From assembly GCA_964637135.1 (NCBI GenBank), contig CAZWTX010000008.1:1-64000 (forward strand): a stretch of 64,000 nt of DNA. Reading direction: 5' to 3'. The position numbers and the translations under genes were made by a program. The notes below the pieces were generated by a model, which was given only the letters and a program-made list of their open reading frames with translations, had not been told where the DNA came from and made no database searches. Of this stretch, positions 29,703-38,930 are shown in pieces. Positions within the stretch are counted from its first letter, which is position 1. Each line of letters opens with the position of its first letter. The DNA comes from an uncultured Methanospirillum sp. GTDB taxonomy: Archaea > Halobacteriota > Methanomicrobia > Methanomicrobiales > Methanospirillaceae.

Positions 29703-30347
29703 ATGGATTCGAACATCATCACCGATGGAAAGGTAGTGCTCAGTGCAGATCAGACTGCTGAACTCTGGGAACTTGGTAATGCCGGTGCGAACCGGGCTGC
29801 ATCAGCCCTTTCCAGTCTCCTGGCAACTGATGTGTCCATCCGGGTTCCAGCAATTTTCATGGTCTCCCTGCACAATCTCCAGCAGTACATGGATGACTCC
29901 GTTGGTGCAATGGTTCTTTTCCAAATCCGTGGTCAGGTAAAGGGACAGGGGACAATCATCCTCCATATTCCGAGGAGATCGATCATGAAACTCTCTGCGG
30001 CTATGCTTGGTCAGACAGAAGAGGACCGGGAGATAGACGAGATGGACCGGAGCATGCTCCATGAGATCGGGAATATCATGACTTCTTCCTACCTTGACGC
30101 ATGTGCTGATCTTCTCTCCCTCATTCTCCTCCCTTCACCCCCTTCCCTGGTTATTGATATGCCTCATGCAGTCCTTGAATCAGTGATCGCCTCACAGGAG
30201 ATAGATGATAACATGGATGAGGTGCTCTTCTTCCAGACCGGAATGCACTGTGCAGCCCATGAAATCCAGGCCGGAATTCTCCTGCTCCCCGGAAAAAGTC
30301 TTCTTGAAGAGTTACTCTCCCGGTTCAGGCAGGTAAAAGGACAATAA
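29703..30347 (+). CDS. cheC: Chemotaxis phosphatase CheC
   Basis: Two ExGN motifs (ELGNAG..AASALS; EIGNIMTSSY), 'PSPP'; GAGGT SD. Confidence 0.9.
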   Translation: MDSNIITDGKVVLSADQTAELWELGNAGANRAASALSSLLATDVSIRVPAIFMVSLHNLQQYMDDSVGAMVLFQIRGQVKGQGTIILHIPRRSIMKLSAAMLGQTEEDREIDEMDRSMLHEIGNIMTSSYLDACADLLSLILLPSPPSLVIDMPHAVLESVIASQEIDDNMDEVLFFQTGMHCAAHEIQAGILLLPGKSLLEELLSRFRQVKGQ

Positions 30348-30438
30348 TTTCCCCGGCTTTAACCCGGTTTTTGACCGCAGCTGCTCTGATGACAGGATAT
30401 ACAGAAAAGTTCTACAAACTGTAGATTAATGCGTGGAT

Positions 30439-30446
30439 AAAAAAAA
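30439..30446 (-). terminator. Oligo-T terminator of the RRM gene
   Basis: A8 on plus immediately after the minus-strand stop at 30450. Confidence 0.55.
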
Positions 30447-30449
30447 GGA

Positions 30450-30782
30450 TTAGTACCTTCTGTTGCCGCCAAAGCCGCCACTGCGGTTTCCGCCGCCAAA
30501 GCCGCGGTTACCACCGAATCCACCGCTTCCACCGAATTCACGGCGGGGCTGCATCGGGCGTGCCTCATCGATCCGGAGGGTACGTCCCTCATAGACGGTC
30601 TCGTTCAGGGCGTCCATTGCTGCCTGGGCTTCCTCGCTGGTGCCCATCTCAACAAATCCGAATCCTTTCTGCTCAATAACCTTGACACTTTCCACATCGC
30701 CGTACGTACTAAAGAGCTCGCGAAGCTGTGCTTCATTGACAGAGTATGTGAGATTACCCACATACAGGCGTTTACCTTCCAT
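30450..30782 (-). CDS. RRM (RNP-1) RNA-binding protein with Gly-rich tail
   Basis: RNP2 LYVGNL, RNP1 KGFGFVEM, GGFGGNR repeats. Confidence 0.95.
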   Translation of the reverse strand: MEGKRLYVGNLTYSVNEAQLRELFSTYGDVESVKVIEQKGFGFVEMGTSEEAQAAMDALNETVYEGRTLRIDEARPMQPRREFGGSGGFGGNRGFGGGNRSGGFGGNRRY

Positions 30783-31126
30783 AATGTTCACGAAATTTTT
30801 TTGCATCCGCAAGTGGCGTCATTGGAGTTATCCGCATGCGCCAAGGTTACTGAAAATAGCGACAGACAATGCCCTGTTGCTGAGGGAGTTGCTCTCGGAA
30901 AACTATCTCAATACATCCCTTACGTATGTGCTCTATAGTATGTACTGTCAGTATATGAAGTTCTGCATGGTTCTCCTGTTATTAGCCATCAGTGGACCGG
31001 GTTATAGCATCATGTCCATGATAACGCCTGATATCGTATCAATGCTCATGATGCGGGTTTTTTCCGGCATCCATCTCTACGATAGCCATATCTGCTGCGA
31101 TCCTCCAGAATGATCAGGGTATCGTT

Positions 31127-32383
31127 GTGGACAATACGATTGCTGTAATCGGGGCAGGGCCATCAGGGCTGATGTGTGCCCTCCGTCTTGCAGAAGGCGG
31201 GATCAGGGTCCTGCTTTTTGAGAAGATGCAGGTCTGCGGGCGGAAACTCCTGATATCTGGTTCAGGACAATGTAATATCACCCATGAAGGGCCGATCGGA
31301 TCGTTTGTCGACCGGTACGGGCAGCACGGACGCTTTATCCGTCCCTCCCTGATGACCTTTACAAATGCGGATCTCATCTCTTTTTTAGAAAACCACAATA
31401 TCCCCGTTGATGTCCTTGTGGGAGGCAAGGTATTCCCGAGAGACAGGCGGGCGGCAGGGATACGCGATCTCCTGGTCTCCCGATGCGAACATGCCGGGGT
31501 CATGATTCATTGCGGCGAACCGGTCACGGAAATGGGGTATCATGACGGTAACTTCTCCCTGATCACGCCCCGTGGTCAGTACCAGACTGCCCGGGTCGTT
31601 ATCGCATCCGGCGGGATCACCTACCCGTCAACTGGCTCCACGGGTGACGGGTACCGGCTGGCAGCAGCTCTTGGTCATACCATTATCCCCCCCGGTCCTG
31701 CCCTTACCCCGGTATATATCGGTTCATTCCCCTTCTCTGACCTCTCAGGCATATCGTTTGCTGACGTACCGGTTGCCATCTTCAGGGAAGGGAAGAAGGC
31801 TGCCGAGGGACATGGTGACCTCCTGATCACTCACTTCGGATTATCCGGCCCGGTGATTCTTGATCTCAGCCGGTATATCCGGGAGGGAGATGAACTGGTT
31901 ATCAGTTTTCTTACCGGAACAAACCGCGAGCAAATCCGTCGTGATCTCACGGACCTTCTCAGCTCGGGGGGATCACGATCGGTCAGGACGGTTCTTTCCG
32001 GCACCGGTCTGCCGGATCGGTTTGTCCGGCGGATTCTTGAAGTATCACGGGTGGATTCCGCGATGACGCTCGCCCATCTTGACAAACAGGGCCGCCAGGA
32101 GATTATCAGATGGCTGACCGAAGGGCGGCTCCGGGTGGATCATCCGGGCGGACCGGAAGAGGGAATGGTCACCAGAGGGGGCGTTTCGCTTGATGAGGTC
32201 AATCCGAAAACACTCGAATCGCGGCTCGTTCCCGGTCTTTTCTTTTCAGGCGAAGTTCTTGACATTGATGGGGACTGTGGCGGATACAACCTTCAGGCAG
32301 CGTTCTCTACCGGTGTCCTCGCCGCTGAGGGATGCAGAAAGGGGCTTGGATGCTCCGGAAAACAAGGCAGCAGTAAACCGTGA
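31127..32383 (+). CDS. HI0933/BaiN family flavoprotein
   Basis: IGAGPSG, GRKLLISGSGQCNITH, TGSTGDGY, THFGLSGP, VTRGGV, GEVLDIDGDCGGYNLQ. Confidence 0.95.
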   Translation: MDNTIAVIGAGPSGLMCALRLAEGGIRVLLFEKMQVCGRKLLISGSGQCNITHEGPIGSFVDRYGQHGRFIRPSLMTFTNADLISFLENHNIPVDVLVGGKVFPRDRRAAGIRDLLVSRCEHAGVMIHCGEPVTEMGYHDGNFSLITPRGQYQTARVVIASGGITYPSTGSTGDGYRLAAALGHTIIPPGPALTPVYIGSFPFSDLSGISFADVPVAIFREGKKAAEGHGDLLITHFGLSGPVILDLSRYIREGDELVISFLTGTNREQIRRDLTDLLSSGGSRSVRTVLSGTGLPDRFVRRILEVSRVDSAMTLAHLDKQGRQEIIRWLTEGRLRVDHPGGPEEGMVTRGGVSLDEVNPKTLESRLVPGLFFSGEVLDIDGDCGGYNLQAAFSTGVLAAEGCRKGLGCSGKQGSSKP

Positions 32384-32486
32384 TCATGATCTGCTGTTTG
32401 TTCCCGGTTGCCCGGCAATTACCAGAAGGACCTGGAGAACATCAAAGATATCTGGTATCAGCACAGAGCAGAGAGAGAAGGATGTC

Positions 32487-33179
32487 ATGATGGATCCGGA
32501 GATTTCTGAATTCCTGTTGTTATTTCAGACAATCGTCCAATGGATTGCGATCATTCTCTCTGCATCCACCGGAGTCTATGATGCCCGCAGGCATGGCCTT
32601 GATTATTTCGGGGCGCTTGTCATCGCGGTTATCGTAGCGGTTGGAGGAGGAACGCTCCGTGATCTTCTTCTTGGCAGGTATCCGCTCTTCTGGCTGCAGG
32701 ATCCGATTTACCTGGTCAGTATACTCGTGGTCGGGATCGTCGGGATCCTCCTCATCCCGATCAGTTCAGGTGAGTATGAGGCCCGGAGAAACAGGAAGGG
32801 GGAGTTGTCTGCAGCGGTTACCAGGATCCTTTTTGGAACCTCCGGTTCATTTGCCGTAATCGATGCAATATCGCTTGGGATGTGGGCATATCTCGGGACC
32901 TATTACGCATTGATAACCGGGATTCCCCCGCTCGTCGCACCGGTCATGGGTGTCATCACAGCATCATTCGGGGGAGTTCTCAGGGATATCTTCTTTGCAA
33001 AAATCCCCGAGATATTCAGGCCGGGCCAGTTTTATGCCATTGCTTCTTTTGCTGGAGCGGTCGGATATGTAGTCTGCTGGGTCTTCTCCATCCCATATCC
33101 GACCGGGTTCATTCTCTGTATGATCATAACCTTCGTGGTCAGGATGGTCTCTGTCCGGTACAATATCACCAGCTTTTAG
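32487..33179 (+). CDS. TRIC channel/UPF0126 family membrane protein
   Basis: Two repeats 'GGGTLRDLLLG' and 'GGVLRDIF'; ORF-track start extends spuriously upstream. Confidence 0.9.
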   Translation: MMDPEISEFLLLFQTIVQWIAIILSASTGVYDARRHGLDYFGALVIAVIVAVGGGTLRDLLLGRYPLFWLQDPIYLVSILVVGIVGILLIPISSGEYEARRNRKGELSAAVTRILFGTSGSFAVIDAISLGMWAYLGTYYALITGIPPLVAPVMGVITASFGGVLRDIFFAKIPEIFRPGQFYAIASFAGAVGYVVCWVFSIPYPTGFILCMIITFVVRMVSVRYNITSF

Positions 33180-33248
33180 GGAGATCCACTTTCTCCTGCA
33201 CCGGCTCCATTCCTCCCCGTTTATCATCCCGTCGTGCCTATTCATCAC

Positions 33249-34055
33249 ATGGATCTGAAAGGTGAAATTCAGGCTGTCGCTGAACGGATGGAGATCCCTC
33301 TGATCGGGTTTGCTGGTGTCGAGCGGTGGAAAACCCCTCTTTTCGAGCCATGGATCCCCGATTCATTTCACCCGGACAGGATCTATCCGGAAACACGGAC
33401 CGTGATCGTTATCGGGCTCCCGGTTTCCCTTCCGGTTCTTGAGACAGCCCCCTCGATCTGGTATGCCGAGTTATACCGGACGGTAAATAGCCTTCTCGAT
33501 CAGTATACTTACCGGATCGCAGAATTCCTCACAGAAAAGGGTATTCCGTCGGTATTTGTCCCGAGGGATGGGTACGGGGGTATCGATGTGCTCCTTGAGA
33601 ACCCGGTGTCATTCTTTTCCCACCGGCATGCTGCCGTGCTTGCCGGTCTGGGCACGTTCGGGGTAAATAACATGGTTCTTACACCACAATACGGCCCGCG
33701 GGTACGGTTCGGATCGATCCTGACAACAGCCGGACTGTCTTCAGATCCGCTGATTGAAGAGCCTCTCTGTATCAGGTGTGGCAGATGCACCAGTTCCTGT
33801 CCGGCTGAAGCCCTGGGAGATCAGGTATATCCCCGTGAACTGACCGACAAGCAGGCATGTACCGCGAATAGTGCTGCCCTTAACAGACGGCATATCTCTC
33901 CCTGCGGGATTTGTATCAAGGTATGTCCCGTTGGTACAGACCGCAGGGTCTTTGTCCGTTATAACGTAGAAATATACGATGATCCGGATGGGTTTGCGAA
34001 TCATCATGCTGCCTGGAACCATGTCAGGCGATACGGAGGCCTGCACGGCCCCTGA
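33249..34055 (+). CDS. QueG/reductive-dehalogenase-like Fe-S protein
   Basis: 'HRHAAVLAGLGTFGVNNMVLTPQYGPRVRFGSILT', CxxCxxCxxxCP, CGICIKVCP. Confidence 0.88.
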   Translation: MDLKGEIQAVAERMEIPLIGFAGVERWKTPLFEPWIPDSFHPDRIYPETRTVIVIGLPVSLPVLETAPSIWYAELYRTVNSLLDQYTYRIAEFLTEKGIPSVFVPRDGYGGIDVLLENPVSFFSHRHAAVLAGLGTFGVNNMVLTPQYGPRVRFGSILTTAGLSSDPLIEEPLCIRCGRCTSSCPAEALGDQVYPRELTDKQACTANSAALNRRHISPCGICIKVCPVGTDRRVFVRYNVEIYDDPDGFANHHAAWNHVRRYGGLHGP

Positions 34056-34097
34056 TCCCGGCTGTTCCTGCCGGTATTGCGACGGAGGGCGTTTGAA

Positions 34098-34985
34098 TTG
34101 AACACGCTTGATGAATATCTCGGCCCGCTGCATGAGGGGGTCTGGGAGGTGGTTGTGCCAAAGGAGAAGGTGACCGAGCCGCTTGGCCCGACCTGGGAGC
34201 GGTCGGCTATCAATATTCCAAGCCCGGGCACCATTGCCAGTTACCGGAACGGCCAGTACCATGTGCATGAAACTGCAACAGAATGGCGGGTTCACCTGGA
34301 TCGGTACGACCCGAAGAGGCACCCGGTGATGCATCTTATTGATGATGCGCCGCTTCTCCTGATGATTATCAACACGTTCCAGACCCTTATTTCAGAATCC
34401 CGGGGAAAAAACCTGGATACTCCCGGAATAATCCGCTTTCAGGAAGGAGCCTGGAAAAGGGAAATTGCAGGTGGCATTATCGTGTTCGTCCTGGGGATTA
34501 CCATTATCCTTGATCCTGATGACTGGTATCTCGGCCTGACCCAGGTAATTCTCCCCCTCATGGTTCTTGCTGCAGGAATCCTTCTCTTCTTCTCCGGACT
34601 CCTCTCTGAAGAAAAGGAACGGCTATGGAACGAGGATCTGGTTCATGGGCTGGAGGTTCTCGCGGTTGGTGCCGTGCTCTGGTTCATACCACAGGATCTC
34701 TGGGATCTTCTCTTCCTTACCCTGCTCGCCATCTGGATGGTTGCGAGTTCCTGTGTCCTGATCAGCCATGTATCCCGGGGAAAATCTAACGTGCCCGAAG
34801 GTTTTTTCAGCCGGCTCATTATCGGGTTCCTCTCATTGCTCCTTGCCTTCCTGATTTTTTTCATGCCAGCCGGTGTGATCGAGTTCTTTACTGTTATCCT
34901 CGGTCTGCTCCTCGTTATTCTTGGCATATGTCTGATTTCTGTCTCTTTCAGGCTGAAACGGCATATGATGCGATATACCGGGTAA
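34098..34985 (+). CDS. Membrane protein: His-motif N-terminal domain plus HdeD/DUF308-like TM region
   Basis: GGAGG SD 9 nt before TTG 34098; N-terminal 'YHVHE...VHLDRYDP..HP..HL.DDAP'; six hydrophobic helices. Confidence 0.7.
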   Translation: MNTLDEYLGPLHEGVWEVVVPKEKVTEPLGPTWERSAINIPSPGTIASYRNGQYHVHETATEWRVHLDRYDPKRHPVMHLIDDAPLLLMIINTFQTLISESRGKNLDTPGIIRFQEGAWKREIAGGIIVFVLGITIILDPDDWYLGLTQVILPLMVLAAGILLFFSGLLSEEKERLWNEDLVHGLEVLAVGAVLWFIPQDLWDLLFLTLLAIWMVASSCVLISHVSRGKSNVPEGFFSRLIIGFLSLLLAFLIFFMPAGVIEFFTVILGLLLVILGICLISVSFRLKRHMMRYTG

Positions 34986-34994
34986 TTACGGTTC

Positions 34995-35043
34995 CCGGTT
35001 CATGATATCACGGGAAACCTACGGGTTTCCCGGCCTGAACCGG
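34995..35043 (+). terminator. Long hairpin with cUACGg tetraloop between convergent genes
   Basis: CCGGTTCA/TGAACCGG outer stem and CGGGAAACC-TACG-GGTTTCCCG inner stem. Confidence 0.6.
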
Positions 35044-35066
35044 AAGGGAGGGTGGATCTGATCTTT

Positions 35067-36425
35067 TTAGAAACCCCGTTCTGGTTTCAGAACTCCATCA
35101 AGCCAGTCAAATTTTCCTTCCATTGACTGGGCGGAAGCTCCAATCTGGCAGTGTTCGCCGGCACCGTATTCATTGGTAAACAGGAGATAGTCCTTTGGAC
35201 AGGTGAGGCTCTCAAAAAATTCCCATGCCTGGCTTCCCAGCTTTGAATCGTTTGTTCCGTCGCAGACGAGGGTGTGTGCTGTTATCTGGTCAAGCATGCC
35301 ATCAAGTGAATAGTCAGCGAAAGCAAGCATCATCTCCGCCGGACTGTCAACTCCGAAAGTATACATCCCCTGCTGGAAGACCCACCTGGTTGAGATGGAT
35401 TTGTTCATCCGATCATAGCTATCCCGGTTCATTTCATCCTCATTTTCTCGGATGAACTCCAGGACATCGTCTCTGGTGGTGTTTGCCGGATCAGGGAATC
35501 CCATTTTTATCTGTTCGATTTCATCTCCTGCGAAGTCTATTATCCCACTATCTGCTATCAGGGCGGTGATCCGGTGTTCAGCGGTTGCAGCCCGCGGGGC
35601 AAGATACCCGCCGAAACTGATCCCCCAGAGGGCTATCCGATCAGGATCGACCTCTGGTCGGGAGACTGCCCAGTCGATTACAGGGGTCACAACGGCTTCC
35701 CAGTCAGGTCTGAACGGGATGTGGTTGACCCGGATCATCTCGCCCTGACCCGGGCCCTCGAATGTCAGTACCGTATATCCTCTTCTCACGCCTTCGATGG
35801 CCTCTGATCGGAGTTCTTCCTGTGTCCCGTCATACCCGGTCTGGATAATAAGGAGTGGCCGCCTTTCTTCCGCATCAGGTGCGGTATACAGGTACCCGGG
35901 CAGGGTTGTGTTTTCGTACGGGATCCTGACCGTCTCCATGCGGATGGGATCAAGTTTCATCGCGTCAGTAAAGGTATCCCTGCTCCGTTGCCAGGTATCC
36001 AGAATTCGCGGGTCGTCACGATTTCCGTGGAGGAAAAATTCCGCGGTCCTGAGATAAGTCTGGGCCCGAAGATAGGCATCATGTGCAGTGAAGACATTTC
36101 CCCGTGCATATGCTTCATCACCGACTGTTCTGAAATGGGATCCGGTCCGGTTCCATTCAGTATACCAGCTCTCAAAATCCCCCTCGTGAATCCGGCCGGC
36201 GGTAGCCAGACATTCTCCGAGATCAGCCTCGCCTGCTGCCATTCCAGAGAGCGTCCTGATCAGTTCGAATTTGAATTCTGGATCTGTGAAGACGAGGGTT
36301 CCAATGCTCTGGTTTGTACCTGCTTCATCAGGAGGTGACGGATAGGTCTGCTCTCCGTGAGCGGCAGATATGAAAAGGATCAACGTAACAGCCAGAATCA
36401 CAAGGTGAATTACCCGAAAACGCAT
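35067..36425 (-). CDS. Secreted alpha/beta hydrolase (FrsA/DHPON-hydrolase-like)
   Basis: Signal peptide; 'IPYENTTLPGY', TGYDGT, FEGPGQG, GISFGGY, GAGEHCQ. Confidence 0.9.
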   Translation of the reverse strand: MRFRVIHLVILAVTLILFISAAHGEQTYPSPPDEAGTNQSIGTLVFTDPEFKFELIRTLSGMAAGEADLGECLATAGRIHEGDFESWYTEWNRTGSHFRTVGDEAYARGNVFTAHDAYLRAQTYLRTAEFFLHGNRDDPRILDTWQRSRDTFTDAMKLDPIRMETVRIPYENTTLPGYLYTAPDAEERRPLLIIQTGYDGTQEELRSEAIEGVRRGYTVLTFEGPGQGEMIRVNHIPFRPDWEAVVTPVIDWAVSRPEVDPDRIALWGISFGGYLAPRAATAEHRITALIADSGIIDFAGDEIEQIKMGFPDPANTTRDDVLEFIRENEDEMNRDSYDRMNKSISTRWVFQQGMYTFGVDSPAEMMLAFADYSLDGMLDQITAHTLVCDGTNDSKLGSQAWEFFESLTCPKDYLLFTNEYGAGEHCQIGASAQSMEGKFDWLDGVLKPERGF

Positions 36426-36705
36426 ACGCGATATAGTGATGCTGGATTTATTAACCTGACTGATACAACTCCCGGCTCATCCCTTTGTTTTCACGGGTCA
36501 ATACAGCCCTCTTCTTATACTGCCCCTTTCACTCCCTGACAACCGGAGTAAAAGAGGTGAGTTTCAAAACCTGCATCTGGATCGCAGTTCATCCTGCAGG
36601 TTCAGACATACAGGAACGATGTACCATGAACACCTATTTGAGGCATGATTTGTCCGTACCCCAAGGCGGGTGAAATAATATATATGATTACAACCGCTCC
36701 CATGT

Positions 36706-37230
36706 ATGGACCCAAGGTACTGGTTCCTGGTTCTTCTCTGCGTTTTCCTCTTTCCACCGGTTACGGGAACGGTTGACGACTGGACAACAATCCGTGCAGA
36801 TCCCCGGGTGGAATTCAGCATCCCGTCTGATTGGATATGGGAGGATACCAGGATGAATTATGACTGGATGTCGGCATACCTCGTCACAACAAAAGCCGTG
36901 CCCGGTCTGTATGCATTGGTGATGGTCATTGACAATCCGGTAATGCAGGTTCCTGATGAGGTGATGCTTGATGATTTAAGCAGTTCTCTGATGGAAGATT
37001 ACCCGGAATATCACCAGATCGGTGAGACGGTGTATGGTGCTGATACGAATCTTCCAATCTATTCGGCTGGTTTGTGGGAGAATGACCGGTCTGAAGAGAA
37101 AATGTACCTGATCCTTGCCGGGTCGAAGAGAACAATCGTGTATCTCCTGTTATGTTATCCGTCGGAGGATCACCGGGAATTATACGCAGACACGATGAAA
37201 AAACTTGCAGAATCATTGAAAATTCTTTGA
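36706..37230 (+). CDS. Secreted hypothetical protein (PsbP-like)
   Basis: Signal peptide; 'VEFSIPSDW', C-terminal 'LAESLKI'; TATA-like ATATATAT upstream and T8 downstream. Confidence 0.65.
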   Translation: MDPRYWFLVLLCVFLFPPVTGTVDDWTTIRADPRVEFSIPSDWIWEDTRMNYDWMSAYLVTTKAVPGLYALVMVIDNPVMQVPDEVMLDDLSSSLMEDYPEYHQIGETVYGADTNLPIYSAGLWENDRSEEKMYLILAGSKRTIVYLLLCYPSEDHRELYADTMKKLAESLKIL

Positions 37231-37494
37231 TCTGACAGGATCTTTTTTTTGTCTCCCACTGGAGAACCGTCTGTACAATGTGGTCTTGTGTTCGATTCCG
37301 CCGGAGAATTGGGCGGGGATTGCCGAAAAATCAAAAAAAAGCGGGGAATGTGTTGTGTCATCACGGTGTTATCTTCAGCCTGTTACCTGGCAGAAGATTC
37401 CATGCCGCAGGAGCCTTTTAATACCCCCCTGTTTCCACTGGAATGGCATCTGATCCTCATGTATGCCCTATCAAGGGCTATCAGAATGGATCGA

Positions 37495-38085
37495 TCAATC
37501 CCTGAAAAAGCCTCTTTGCATGAGTTCAAAGTAACAATCCATGCAGATTTTTGCATCATCTGCGGCCCGATGCCGCACAGACAGGTCTGAATCAAAAAGG
37601 ATCTGGTATAATTCAGCAAGTCCGGGCCACTTGTATCCTTTCCCATGCCTGGTGGGGAGTTTACAGAATGACATCGTCTCAAGCATGGTACAGACTCTCC
37701 TGATATCGGGAGGTATCGGAGAAATTCCCACCCTTGCGCCCTCTGCAGCGAGAACTCCTGCATCAAACCAGAGATTATGGGCAATTATAGTATCTACGCT
37801 CTTCACCGCCTCATGGAATGATGTTATTGCATCTATCAGCGGAATGCCATGCTCGGCTGCCTGTTCTGTGGTAATTCCGTGTATCGCGGTAGAGCACTCA
37901 GGAATCTCAAATCCATGTGGGGTTACGAGCATTTCATGTGACGAGAGGATGTTTCCGTCCCTGTCTGTCCGGATCCATGCAATCTCAACCAGTCGTGGCC
38001 AACGTTCGGGTTTTTCAATGGGATCAGGTCTCCCTTTGACGATCCCGGTAGTTTCGGTATCAATAAAGAGAAGTGATCCGGTCAT
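37495..38085 (-). CDS. DEDDh 3'-5' exonuclease (DnaQ-like)
   Basis: FIDTETTG, IHGIT, AHNLWFD, 'KWPGLAEL', HRAADD. Confidence 0.93.
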   Translation of the reverse strand: MTGSLLFIDTETTGIVKGRPDPIEKPERWPRLVEIAWIRTDRDGNILSSHEMLVTPHGFEIPECSTAIHGITTEQAAEHGIPLIDAITSFHEAVKSVDTIIAHNLWFDAGVLAAEGARVGISPIPPDIRRVCTMLETMSFCKLPTRHGKGYKWPGLAELYQILFDSDLSVRHRAADDAKICMDCYFELMQRGFFRD

Positions 38086-38930
38086 TTCTGAACCAGAAGG
38101 TTACCGGTCAGAACTCATAATACAACATGATCCCTGTTGTCATGACTCCCCTGAAGATTCACCTGAACTCCTCCGGATTCCCGGGTTCCCGGGGAGGATC
38201 TGTTCATTTCAAAAACCGGTTATTATTTCATGGATTTGCGTGTTCAGGCAGTTCTCATCCTGAATTGCTCTCTCTGTGATATTCGTGTCTCGATCCAACG
38301 GGGTTAGATCCGATTTCAGATGATGAAGAGCAGACGTATGGCAGACACAAATCCGGTTTAACGCCGCCCGCTTGCCTATTGGCGGGGGAATATATGGTGA
38401 ATTTTATACGAAAAAACTCCCCTGGTATTTATAATTTTTCTATAATTTGACGGGGATATTTTCTCAGAAGCCGTCCCTCAGGATTTGATCGGGCCATGGG
38501 CTGAAACCGGGGAATGGGTTATATGTAAAGAACGAATTATTAAGATTTTTTCGCGAAATGGGAAATGATACGCGCATATTTCTCGGATGATCCGGCGCGG
38601 TTCTGTCTTCAGATCCGGGATTGGTACGATCAAAGATGAGCCTTTCTGATACGGGCTGAACTGCGGTGAGGATTCTGTCAAGTCCCCCCATCTATGCCCC
38701 CTCAAACCGGGTATTTTTAAGTTTTTCCCGGTTGAAGGGCATTTCCTGAGTTTTCATCCCTCTATGCCAGTGACCCTCCTGATATCCGGCACACCTACCG
38801 GATACGGGATCGTCAGGTACTCTTGATCTTCTCATGATACATATGTCTCCCGCTCCCCCGGGTGATCGTTCCTGGTGGCTGGCAGGCACTACCGATAATC
38901 ATTCTCATCTCCAGAAACCACCTGTTGGGT

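Noticed and set aside
30460..30535. GCCGCCAAAGCCGC direct repeats
   Set aside because: They encode the GGFGG repeats of the RRM protein tail.
32190..32486. Long N-terminal extension of the TRIC/UPF0126 ORF
   Set aside because: It overlaps the BaiN gene 3' end; the family domain begins near ATG 32487.
37252..37307. tRNA-like look: TCTCC...GTTCGATTCC...GGAGA
   Set aside because: The T-stem does not pair, there is no D-arm or anticodon arm, and it is too short for a tRNA.
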